A stretch of DNA of 13,225 nt from a virus, in UHGV virus genome UHGV-0112548; one strand, written 5' to 3'. The notes beneath the pieces are model-generated. The model ran no database searches and was not told the origin of the DNA. It saw nothing but the letters and a program-made list of their open reading frames with translations. Numbering within the stretch: position 1 is the stretch's first letter; every line of letters starts with the position of its first letter. The position numbers and the translations under genes are program-made. Below are positions 5,701 to 13,225 of the stretch, piece after piece.

Positions 5701-6618
5701 ATGAACAATCCGTTTTTCAAAAATATGTTGGTGTATCGCATTAGTCGCGATTTCACCATCAACCAGGAAGAGCTGGAACAGCAGCTTGAACTATTTCGCT
5801 TCACTCCATGCGGTAGCCAGGATATGGCAAAAACCGGTTGGGTATCACCACTTGGTCAGCTGTCAGATCGCTTGCATCACACTGTCAATAATCAAGTGTT
5901 GTTGGTTATTCGCCGGGAAGAAAAAATACTGCCATCTCCTGTCATTGCTGAAGAACTGCGCAAGCGTGTGTCGCGTCTGGAATCCGATCAGGGGCGTCGC
6001 CTCAAAAAAACTGAGAAAGATTCGCTGCGTGATGAAGTGTTGCACTCCCTGCTTCCTCGGGCGTTCTCCAAAAACTCGACTGTTAGTTTGTGGATCAACG
6101 TCACCGACGGTCTGATCATGGTTGATGCAGCCAGCGCTAAACGTGCCGAAGACTCACTGGCCCTGCTTCGTAAAACTCTCGGTTCTCTCCCGGTGGTACC
6201 GCTGACTATGGAAACGCCGATCGAACTAACTATGACCGAATGGGTTCGTTCCGGTAGTGCGCCTGCTGGCTTTGGCCTGGGTGATGAAGCCGAACTGAAA
6301 GCTATTCTTGAAGATGGCGGTATTGGACGCTTTAAAAAACAGACTCTGGTCAGTGACGAAATTCATGTGCATCTGGAAGCTGGCAAAGTAGTTACAAAGC
6401 TGTCTATCGACTGGCAACAGCGCATTCAGTTCGTTCTTTGCGATGACGGCAGCATCAAACGCCTTAAGTTCTCTAATGAGATTACAGAACAAAACGACGA
6501 TATCGACCGTGAGGATGCGGCTCAGAGGTTCGACGCTGACTTTGTTCTGATGACCGGCGAGCTTATCTCTCTCATTAACGGATTAACAACCTCTCTCGGC
6601 GGCGAAGCCAAGCGATAA
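5701..6618 (+). CDS. rdgC: RdgC-family recombination-associated protein (prophage-borne paralogue)
   Basis: 305 aa; [62 protein letters not shown] and [14 protein letters not shown] track E. coli RdgC along its full length as I recall it. GAGGAA SD before the ATG. Confidence 0.85.
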   Translation: MNNPFFKNMLVYRISRDFTINQEELEQQLELFRFTPCGSQDMAKTGWVSPLGQLSDRLHHTVNNQVLLVIRREEKILPSPVIAEELRKRVSRLESDQGRRLKKTEKDSLRDEVLHSLLPRAFSKNSTVSLWINVTDGLIMVDAASAKRAEDSLALLRKTLGSLPVVPLTMETPIELTMTEWVRSGSAPAGFGLGDEAELKAILEDGGIGRFKKQTLVSDEIHVHLEAGKVVTKLSIDWQQRIQFVLCDDGSIKRLKFSNEITEQNDDIDREDAAQRFDADFVLMTGELISLINGLTTSLGGEAKR

Positions 6619-6726
6619 ACACCAGGCAACAATTACCCCCATAAGCATGGGTTGGGTTGCTGCACGCTAAATTCAGCAATTCATTAATTTAATGGCGCGG
6701 TGCAGCGCGCCAATATGGAGAAAACC

Positions 6727-7266
6727 ATGAGCTACATTCAGACATTATCCGGCAAACATTTTAATTACCTCGATATCCAACAGGACGATATCGTGATCGA
6801 GGATATTGCTACCGCGTTGTCTCATATCTGCCGCTTTGCAGGGCATCTTCCTGAGTTTTACAGCGTCGGCCAGCATAGCGTTTTAACCAGCCATCTCGTT
6901 CCGCAGGAGTTTGCCTTAGAAGCACTGCTTCATGATGCCGCCGAAGCCTACCTGCAAGATATTCCCTCACCGCTTAAGCGCCTGTTACCGGATTACCAGG
7001 TGATCGAAGCTCGCGTAGACGCTGCTATTCGCCAGAAATTTGGCCTACCGACGGAGCAACACCCAACAGTGAAATATGCCGATCTGGTGATGCTCGCCAG
7101 CGAACGCCGCGATTTTGAGATTGACGAAGGTTCCGTGTGGCCATGCCTCGATGGCGTTGTCCCGACGGACCTATTCATCATCAATCCAGTTCGTCCAGGC
7201 CAGTCATACGGCATGTTCATAAATCGCTTTAATGAGTTGATGGAGCAGCGTCAATGCGCCGCATGA
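6727..7266 (+). CDS. HD-domain phosphohydrolase (YfdR-like 5'-deoxynucleotidase class)
   Basis: His at LSHICRFAGH and the HD dyad at EALLHDAAEAY fit the HD superfamily. Start chosen at the ATG at 6727 with GGAG 6 nt upstream; the track start at 6700 is a GTG. Confidence 0.6.
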   Translation: MSYIQTLSGKHFNYLDIQQDDIVIEDIATALSHICRFAGHLPEFYSVGQHSVLTSHLVPQEFALEALLHDAAEAYLQDIPSPLKRLLPDYQVIEARVDAAIRQKFGLPTEQHPTVKYADLVMLASERRDFEIDEGSVWPCLDGVVPTDLFIINPVRPGQSYGMFINRFNELMEQRQCAA

Positions 7267-7430
7267 AGGTAAAAGAACTCGTGGCGGAGGCGTTTGCCTC
7301 CGTGGCTGAATTGCCACCAAAGCATGCATCGCTTATGCGCGAAGTCGCTACCAGGCTTGAAGCTACGTTCGCAGCATTAACCGAATCATTGGCGCAACTG
7401 GAACAGGAACGTAAAGGTAAAACGCAATGA
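7254..7430 (+). CDS. hypothetical small protein (58 aa)
   Basis: Not in the ORF track (under 60 aa). My translation: MRRMKVKELVAEAFASVAELPPKHASLMREVATRLEATFAALTESLAQLEQERKGKTQ. Start overlaps the HD-gene 3' end and the stop overlaps the next ATG as ATGA, consistent with translational coupling. Confidence 0.35.
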   Translation: MRRMKVKELVAEAFASVAELPPKHASLMREVATRLEATFAALTESLAQLEQERKGKTQ

Positions 7431-7681
7431 CCGTATTTGAATATCTCCAGGGCCACCCGAACGCCACCAGCGGTGAAATCGCAAGGGCGATGGGTAAAAA
7501 GACGCCAGCCGTAGCCAGCGCACTATCTCAGCTTTATGCAACAGGGAGAATTGTTAAGTCTGGCGCACGCGGTGGGATACCGACATACCGCGTCAATGAT
7601 CTGCCGTTTGGATGCAGCAATAACTTAACGCTGATATTTAACCAGCTTCTGCGAAACGTCCGCAAAGGAGCAGCCCAATGA
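7427..7681 (+). CDS. small winged-helix-like DNA-binding protein
   Basis: 84 aa; SGEIARAMGKKTPAVASALSQLYATGRI has the helix-turn-helix / wing pattern; ATGA overlaps at both ends. Confidence 0.45.
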   Translation: MTVFEYLQGHPNATSGEIARAMGKKTPAVASALSQLYATGRIVKSGARGGIPTYRVNDLPFGCSNNLTLIFNQLLRNVRKGAAQ

Positions 7682-7995
7682 GCAAATTTACGGCATTACC
7701 AGTAGAACGCGACCAATACGGCTACTGGACTCACCCCGTCTATGAGCAATTTTGCGATGGTCGTGAATTTATCTCACCTGATGAGTTCAACGCCTGGCTG
7801 GATAAAAACGGCCTCGAATGGACGGTAGTTTACCGGGATGAAGAAGACATCGATCCTGAAGTTGATGGTTACGATATTTCAGCCTGGCAGCCAGAATCGC
7901 CAGCCGGTGAAGGTTGGTTTGTCGGTTCAATTCACAACACCGAAGATGGCGCGGTATGCATCTGGTTACGTAACGTTGAAGGCGGTGCAGCATGA
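7678..7995 (+). CDS. hypothetical phage protein
   Basis: 105-aa ORF, coupled to neighbours by ATGA overlaps; acidic, no motif I recognise. Confidence 0.5.
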   Translation: MSKFTALPVERDQYGYWTHPVYEQFCDGREFISPDEFNAWLDKNGLEWTVVYRDEEDIDPEVDGYDISAWQPESPAGEGWFVGSIHNTEDGAVCIWLRNVEGGAA

Positions 7996-8750
7996 CAGTC
8001 CATACACTGAAGCAATGCCGCCCGGACCAAGAAGAAACCGAGTATTTCTGGAAGTTGTTTCATGCGGCACAACGGAATGACGCTCGCTGGCACGGTAGTG
8101 AAATCAGCATTATCGCCGATGAACTATCCCGGACGGATTTAGATCGTAATCAAAAACTGTTTCTTCTCCGTGCCTGGCAAGTGCTGGTAGACGACAAAGG
8201 TGGATTCGGGCGCTTGATGGGTGCCTTTGATACTTACGTCTACAACATGCAGGACCCTGATGATGACTGCGTAGCCTGGAAGCCTGAACTGGCTAAGCTG
8301 CTACAGGATGGCAATCTGTTTGATGTTGTGCTGACGGCATATCAGGAGGCCTGCCATGAGGGGATCGTTAATTGGGAGGCAGCGGTATCTCTTTCTGAGG
8401 AAAACGTAGAACTGAAGCGCAAACTCTACGCAGCAGAGAATCAAATAGCAGAACTGGAGGCGCGGACGTTCAATCCTGCAATTCTAGATGTGATAGCAGA
8501 GCGCCAGCGGCAGAAAGCCGTTGAGGGCTGGACGTCTGAGCATGACGACGCCTATCAAAACAGTGAGCTGGCAGATGCTGCAGCTTGCTATGCGATTAAC
8601 GCACACAATCAAGGCCTCTCAACGCCAGCGCATTGGCCGTGGGCTCCTGATTGGTGGAAGCAATCTGGGCCGCGTCGTGACCTTGTGAAAGCTGGCGCAC
8701 TTATTCTGGCCGAAATTGAACGCATAGACCGCCAGGAGGCCGCCCAATGA
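7992..8750 (+). CDS. hypothetical phage protein with central coiled coil (possibly Ead/Ea22-like)
   Basis: 252 aa; coiled-coil segment NVELKRKLYAAENQIAELEART; C-terminal WTSEHDDAYQNSELADAAACYA. The family label is a recollection only. Confidence 0.5.
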   Translation: MTVHTLKQCRPDQEETEYFWKLFHAAQRNDARWHGSEISIIADELSRTDLDRNQKLFLLRAWQVLVDDKGGFGRLMGAFDTYVYNMQDPDDDCVAWKPELAKLLQDGNLFDVVLTAYQEACHEGIVNWEAAVSLSEENVELKRKLYAAENQIAELEARTFNPAILDVIAERQRQKAVEGWTSEHDDAYQNSELADAAACYAINAHNQGLSTPAHWPWAPDWWKQSGPRRDLVKAGALILAEIERIDRQEAAQ

Positions 8751-9139
8751 GCAACATCAACAAACGCGCAACAGAGATGCTGATTGAAAACGGAGTGCTG
8801 GTTGCCGACACGCTGAGGCGTTTGGCTGATAACGAAATCGACTCCGATTACTTTGCTATTTGCCACACAAACGAAAACGGAACTGAAATTGAATGCGAGC
8901 TGGCAATTACAGATTACGCACGCCAATCTGCTGGAATCGTTGATGATCTGGTAAATGCGCTGGAAGCCGCAGAGAAGCGCATTGCAGAACTGGAAGCGCG
9001 GGAAATATCGCTCCCAGAACTTAGCAGCATGCTTCATCGAACAGATTTTCACGAGGATTACCAAACGGTAATGGCATACAAAGTTTCTGAGGTCATCGCT
9101 GCAATCCGCGCCGCTGGCATTCGCATCAAAGGAGAGTGA
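8747..9139 (+). CDS. hypothetical phage protein with coiled coil
   Basis: 130 aa; AEKRIAELEARE repeats the motif of the upstream gene; ATGA coupling at the start. Confidence 0.5.
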   Translation: MSNINKRATEMLIENGVLVADTLRRLADNEIDSDYFAICHTNENGTEIECELAITDYARQSAGIVDDLVNALEAAEKRIAELEAREISLPELSSMLHRTDFHEDYQTVMAYKVSEVIAAIRAAGIRIKGE

Positions 9140-9140
9140 T

Positions 9141-9575
9141 ATGGCGTTAACACACCGCGAACTCTGTCAGATTGCGTACAAGTTCCTTAAGCGCAACGGG
9201 TTCAAGGTTTGTTTTCATGACCGCTTTATAGCTGTAACCAGTACCGGAGAACAGCCAGATGCTATGGGATTCAGAAATTCAGCATCATGCCTGATAGAGG
9301 CGAAATGTTCTCGTGCTGACTTGTTGGCAGATAGAAAAAAGCGTTTTCGTAAAAATCCGTCTCTTGGAATGGGCGACTGGCGATTCTTTATTAGTGAGCC
9401 GGGAATTATTTCAATTGAGGATTTACCACCTGGCTGGGGATTACTTCACGTTGTTAACGGAAGAGTACGGAAAGTGCATGGGTGCCCAAGGGTAATTGCT
9501 GTTGGGGTAATCCTGACGATAAGCCATTTACTGGAAATAAGCAGGTTGAATGCGATTACATGTTATCTGCATTAA
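9141..9575 (+). CDS. PD-(D/E)xK nuclease-fold protein (VRR-NUC-like); C-terminus possibly frameshifted
   Basis: GEQPDAMGF followed by CLIEAKCS gives a PD...(E)xK arrangement. After about residue 105 the frame looks poor, while another frame (9458..9655) reads protein-like and ends in ATGA overlap with the next gene. Confidence 0.5.
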   Translation: MALTHRELCQIAYKFLKRNGFKVCFHDRFIAVTSTGEQPDAMGFRNSASCLIEAKCSRADLLADRKKRFRKNPSLGMGDWRFFISEPGIISIEDLPPGWGLLHVVNGRVRKVHGCPRVIAVGVILTISHLLEISRLNAITCYLH

Positions 9576-9651
9576 GGCGCATGGAGTTGAGAGGGCACCT
9601 TAATGAAATATATGACGGTGTAATTGTTAATAAGAAAGAAGGAAACGCGGC

Positions 9652-10353
9652 ATGATCACTATTACCAAAGAGCGACTGCTGACAATCAAGCAGTGGCGCG
9701 AAACATACGGACCTGGTAGCAACGTTGTACTGCCAGCAGAAGAAGCGGAAGAACTGGCACGAATTGCTCTGGCATCGCTGGAAGCAGAGCCTATTGGTGA
9801 GGTTTCAGAGAAGCGACTCGGCCTTGTTATGGATGGAACGGTAGACCTTGGCGGGAAATCAACTTATCGCATCATTAAGGGAGAAAAAGCGATGAAGTTG
9901 TTGCCGCTGGGGACGAAGTTTTATGCCGCCCCTCCAGTGCCAGTAGTACCGGAAGAAAAACCAATGCCTAACCCTCTTAAAATGTACGCGGTTGATGCTG
10001 TTGCCGCTATTGCAGAGGTGAGAGGCTGGAACGCCTGTCGTGCCGCTATGCTTCAGGGTAAATCCGAACAACCACAAAACGCACAACAAAATATTCCGGA
10101 AAATATTCACGGTGGCAACTCTCCGGTAACTCCGGATGGTTGGATAAGCTGTAGTGATCGAATGCCGGAAAAGAATCAGAACGTGCTTATTTCAGTGAAT
10201 TTCGATAGCTCTCTGGTTGAACCGCTAATATGCTCCGCACGCTATACCGGAAGCACCTTTCGGCGCGGAGATGCAACGATTAAGCCGGGTAATGGTATTG
10301 AGCAAGCAACTCACTGGATGCCGCTACCGGAACCGCCGCAGGAGGTGAAGTAA
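9652..10353 (+). CDS. DUF551-like phage protein
   Basis: 233 aa; C-terminal DGWISCSDRMPE ... ATHWMPLPEPP resembles the conserved end of DUF551-family phage proteins (from memory). Confidence 0.55.
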   Translation: MITITKERLLTIKQWRETYGPGSNVVLPAEEAEELARIALASLEAEPIGEVSEKRLGLVMDGTVDLGGKSTYRIIKGEKAMKLLPLGTKFYAAPPVPVVPEEKPMPNPLKMYAVDAVAAIAEVRGWNACRAAMLQGKSEQPQNAQQNIPENIHGGNSPVTPDGWISCSDRMPEKNQNVLISVNFDSSLVEPLICSARYTGSTFRRGDATIKPGNGIEQATHWMPLPEPPQEVK

Positions 10354-10925
10354 TGAATAACTTAATGATCGACCTTGAGACGATGGGGAAAAATAAGGAT
10401 GCACCGATCGTTTCCATTGGCGCGGTGTTCTTCACTCCAGAAACCGGAGACATCGAACAAGAATTCTATACGGTTGTTAGCCTGGAAAGTGCTATGGAGC
10501 AAGGAGCTACACCTGACGGCGATACCATCCTGTGGTGGTTGAAACAGAGCTCTGAAGCACGAGCTGCAATCTGTATTGATGATACTTTGTCGATCAGCGA
10601 TGCACTCTCTGAACTGAGCCATTTCATTAATCAGCATGCAGACAATACAAAATATTTAAAAGTCTGGGGTAACGGGGCCACCTTCGACAACGTAATTTTA
10701 CGTGGAGCTTACGAGCGAGCAGGACAAATCTGCCCGTGGGCGTACTGGAATGACCACGATGTACGCACGATCATTACGCTTGGGCGTTCCATCGGATTCG
10801 ACCCAAAAATGGACATGCCTTTCGATGGCGAACGGCACAACGCCCTGGCTGATGCCCGTCATCAGGCAAAATATGTTTCCGCTATCTGGCAGAAACTAAT
10901 TCCTGCCACCAGCACAGAATTATGA
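10353..10925 (+). CDS. DEDD-type 3'-5' exonuclease
   Basis: 190 aa; Exo I motif MIDLETMG, mid-protein VWGNGATFDNVIL, C-terminal HNALADARHQAKY (H-x4-D), the DEDDh pattern. Start overlaps the upstream stop as TAATG. Confidence 0.7.
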   Translation: MNNLMIDLETMGKNKDAPIVSIGAVFFTPETGDIEQEFYTVVSLESAMEQGATPDGDTILWWLKQSSEARAAICIDDTLSISDALSELSHFINQHADNTKYLKVWGNGATFDNVILRGAYERAGQICPWAYWNDHDVRTIITLGRSIGFDPKMDMPFDGERHNALADARHQAKYVSAIWQKLIPATSTEL

Positions 10926-10961
10926 TTTTCCCGGGTGCAGCCGGTTTTGATGGAGAAAATT

Positions 10962-11243
10962 ATGAACACCTTGTTTTTACTGATGGCTGAATTCAATACC
11001 CCTAACATTGAACTCTCAGCAGTTAGCCAGAAGTACTTTGGCATGAGTCCAGCCACGGCAGAAGCAAAAGCAAACGCTTGTAAGTTGCCCGTTCCAACAT
11101 ATCGCATCGGCACATCACAAAAAGCAAAACGTTGCATCAATATTCAGGATCTTGCGGAATACATAGACAAAAGACGAGAAGAAGGACGTATCGAGTGGGA
11201 ACAGGTCAGAACAGGCAAACAGAAGGGCAAAGAACATCACTAA
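10962..11243 (+). CDS. PrtN / excisionase-like small DNA-binding protein
   Basis: Start at the ATG at 10962 with GGAG 6 nt upstream (MNTLFLLMAEF..); resembles PrtN-family proteins as I recall them; last gene of the plus-strand operon. Confidence 0.5.
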   Translation: MNTLFLLMAEFNTPNIELSAVSQKYFGMSPATAEAKANACKLPVPTYRIGTSQKAKRCINIQDLAEYIDKRREEGRIEWEQVRTGKQKGKEHH

Positions 11244-11275
11244 AGAAAAAACCCGCCTGAAGGCGGGTTTTCAAA
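11244..11275. terminator. bidirectional rho-independent terminator
   Basis: A-run (11244-11251), stem ACCCGCC (11251-11257), loop TGAA, stem GGCGGGT (11262-11268), then TTTT. Serves the plus-strand operon and the convergent minus-strand gene. Confidence 0.7.
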
Positions 11276-11290
11276 AAGCACCAGCTATGA

Positions 11291-11464
11291 TCATGCTGCT
11301 TTGCGACGACGAAGCTTACCCTGCTGCTCTTTACCAGAGACAGTAGCGTGAGTGAACGCATTAGGAGCAGCCTTCATCAGAACTTCAACAGCAGCACCCA
11401 TACCTGCGAATGCTTTCATTGTGTCGAACTTAACCTGTGGCTTGGTTGCTTTTTGATCTTTCAT
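11291..11464 (-). CDS. hypothetical small basic protein (57 aa)
   Basis: Not in the ORF track. ATG at 11464 with GGGAG SD 6 nt upstream. My translation: MKDQKATKPQVKFDTMKAFAGMGAAVEVLMKAAPNAFTHATVSGKEQQGKLRRRKAA; stop at 11291-11293. Confidence 0.45.
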   Translation of the reverse strand: MKDQKATKPQVKFDTMKAFAGMGAAVEVLMKAAPNAFTHATVSGKEQQGKLRRRKAA

Positions 11465-11660
11465 AGAAAACTCCCGAGACAGTAAAGGCGTCTCTAACCC
11501 TCTCTTTAAAGCTAGCTTGTTTCGCTAACTTATGCCAATCGATCATGTCGATTGGTGACATCGTTTCTTAGTAGTTTAAGCACAAAACGACTGCCATAGA
11601 TGTACCTTTAAGGTAATCTGGACGGGTATCCTACAATTTGTAGACCCTTCTCGTCTATAC

Positions 11661-12197
11661 CTACTGAGCAAATTTAAGAAAGATATCCTGCAGCTCATCA
11701 ATGACTGCAGACATCACATAACCGCACTGTTCCATGCGGAAACCAAAAGACTCGTAATACTGCACCAGTTCTGGTACTGGCTCTACAATGTGGACAACTT
11801 TACATTCAACAGCTTTACAAAATATAAAAGCACTCATAAGAGTGAGTAAAACCATGCGCCCTTTCAATGGGTGAGATTCATCTTCTCTAGAAAACCTTTC
11901 GATCATATGGATACGAAAGATGTTTTCTTCAACCCCATAAACACAAATTGCTGCTCCTGATGGTATTCCCTGAACCCGACCTTGCTGAACAAGTTTTATG
12001 CAGAACTCATACTTTTCTCTGGAGTTGCCATAGGTGCTTAACGCATAGTCCCATTCAAGCTCACCATAGCCACCACACAGAATCTTGTAATCATCATCAC
12101 TGAGCGGACCAACAGCAAGAGGTAAGCCGACATGATCAATAATCAACTGGATATTGTTACGTACAGATTGACCTATCTCGTCTAGGGTAAGCATCAT
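11661..12197 (-). CDS. hypothetical protein, possibly GNAT-like acyltransferase fold
   Basis: 178-aa ORF in the AT-rich segment; the C-terminal VHIVEPVPELVQYYESFGF resembles the GNAT terminal strand-helix motif, but no clear acetyl-CoA-binding loop. A TATAAT hexamer lies about 30 nt upstream (plus 12228-12233). Confidence 0.45.
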   Translation of the reverse strand: MMLTLDEIGQSVRNNIQLIIDHVGLPLAVGPLSDDDYKILCGGYGELEWDYALSTYGNSREKYEFCIKLVQQGRVQGIPSGAAICVYGVEENIFRIHMIERFSREDESHPLKGRMVLLTLMSAFIFCKAVECKVVHIVEPVPELVQYYESFGFRMEQCGYVMSAVIDELQDIFLKFAQ

Positions 12198-12737
12198 AGA
12201 CTCTCAAGCGGAACACTAAAAATCTCATTATATCTCATTCTGATGCCCGGCATGGATTACACCTTGAAATGAAAACACCGGGTTCCCAATAGGCTCCCAC
12301 AAAGTGTATAACTACTTGTTTTTCAAAAACGGTACATCCTATCGAGCATTGGTGCAACGCTAAACCGACCACTCCAGTGAACGTCAGTTTTTTCAGGCAT
12401 TGCGCTGGTTTGGTTGATTTTTTGCATTTCAGAATTACCGTGCATTTTCAAATGTAGAGATTATTTTATCGATATATCATGGGGTTATGTTATTCAGCAT
12501 CACTATTCAGGAGGCTCAATAGCGGGGTACTATACCATAACAACAGGAAGCGCCTGTCTCATTGCAAAAGAAAATTGAGATCCTCTCAAGGCATGAAGCT
12601 CTCACGAAGTGATGGAAATAATCTTATTAGCCGTTAACTTTGTTAAGGCCAATGATAAACAATCCAGGTTCGACGATAAATAAAAAATCACACATTAAAC
12701 TCTGGTGATATATCTCCCTGCTAATAGCATTGATAGA

Positions 12738-12770
12738 GAAAAAAGAACCCAATAAATATTGGGTCCTTTT
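12738..12770 (-). terminator. rho-independent terminator downstream of the signal-peptide protein gene
   Basis: Hairpin ACCCAATA-AAT-ATTGGGT (12747-12766) followed on the minus strand by TTCTTTTTTCTC (plus 12735-12746); about 40 nt after the stop at 12808. Confidence 0.55.
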
Positions 12771-12807
12771 ATATAATGCCTTCCATACTATCGAAGAACT
12801 TCACATA

Positions 12808-13225
12808 TTATTTCTCCGATTTAACCCCGAACAAATCATAAATTAATTTAGAAGTGTCTGTAAGTATTTTAATCTCTTCCTTTGAGGTTGGGTCAAACGA
12901 CTTCGCGAAGCTAATTAATTGTGGTGCAGCATCTCGCATTTTGCTTAAAATATCAGGATCGAGCGTTCCTTCATTCACCAGATGTGACATCTTATCCAGA
13001 TAGCCATCAAAATTCATTTCTCCCCCATCAGCCAGACGCTTCATCTCTCCCAGGTACTTCTTCATATCACGTTGAGATAATTTTTCAAACTGAGCTTTCA
13101 GGTAGCTCTCATTATTTTCATTAATATACACTGTTTCTGATAAATCTGCGTAGGCACTAGAATATGAAAGTGAAATTAACAGCGAAGCAAATAATTTTAA
13201 GCTGTTGTCATCATGTTCCTGGCAG
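12808..13225 (-). CDS. hypothetical exported protein, 5' end beyond window (signal-peptide-like N-region)
   Basis: The track ORF (12808..13131) starts at a GTG, but the frame stays open to the window edge with no stop; the extra upstream residues read ..NSLKLFASLLISLSYSSAYA/DLSETV.., a hydrophobic core plus AxA cleavage-like site. Confidence 0.5.
   Translation of the reverse strand, partial: CQEHDDNSLKLFASLLISLSYSSAYADLSETVYINENNESYLKAQFEKLSQRDMKKYLGEMKRLADGGEMNFDGYLDKMSHLVNEGTLDPDILSKMRDAAPQLISFAKSFDPTSKEEIKILTDTSKLIYDLFGVKSEK

Noticed and set aside
6993-7456. Minus-strand ORFs 6993..7220 and 7229..7456
   Set aside because: Antisense to the HD-domain gene and to the coupled small genes; Ser/Ala-rich low-complexity translations typical of shadow ORFs.
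9859-11140. Minus-strand ORFs 9859..10110, 10362..10637 and 10862..11140
   Set aside because: Each lies antisense within a plus-strand gene that has clear motifs (DUF551-like end, DEDD exonuclease, PrtN-like) and tight translational coupling.
11624-11646. GGGTATCCTACAATTTGTAGACC, partly resembling the CI operator half-site ATCCTACAT
   Set aside because: Match is short and needs a 1-nt insertion; it sits just past the stop of the GNAT-like gene and may simply be a weak hairpin. Not enough to call a repressor site.
1-13225. tRNA, rRNA or integrase/attachment site
   Set aside because: No cloverleaf-like tRNA sequence, rRNA or tyrosine-recombinase ORF recognised by eye; attachment sites cannot be placed without a comparison genome.

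Overview
This window reads as the immunity / replication / early-left region of a lambdoid (temperate, enterobacterial-type) prophage, ending in a compositionally different AT-rich segment. All calls are from reading the sequence and the supplied ORF translations; no database search was run. Layout: (i) minus strand, 1-4045: Cro-like regulator, CII/YdaT-like protein, a possibly frameshifted small gene, a replication initiator whose coding sequence carries a ~15-bp iteron array plus an AT-rich patch (origin-like), a PerC/ANR-like protein, a phage N6-adenine methyltransferase, a LexA-DNA-binding-domain-only protein, RusA resolvase and the 5' end of a KilA-N-like gene; (ii) 4046-4140: divergent PR/PRM-like operator region; (iii) plus strand, 4141-4794: CI-type repressor (HTH + S24 autopeptidase), then a strong terminator; (iv) 4857-4910: PL/OL-like promoter whose 18-bp operator is the exact reverse complement of the PR operator; (v) plus strand, 4993-11243: a small ClpX-type zinc-finger protein at the position where lambda has N, a structured ~340-bp leader, a phage-borne RdgC homologue, an HD-domain hydrolase, several tightly coupled small genes, a PD-(D/E)xK nuclease-like gene, a DUF551-like gene, a DEDD 3'-5' exonuclease and a PrtN/excisionase-like gene; (vi) 11244-13225: bidirectional terminator followed by an AT-rich block with three minus-strand genes (small basic protein, GNAT-like protein, signal-peptide protein running off the window). 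Most worth a second look: the ClpX-zinc-finger gene with an antisense zinc-ribbon ORF next to the repressor, the LexA-DBD-only protein coupled to rusA, the iteron-bearing initiator, the RdgC paralogue, and two apparent frameshifts.
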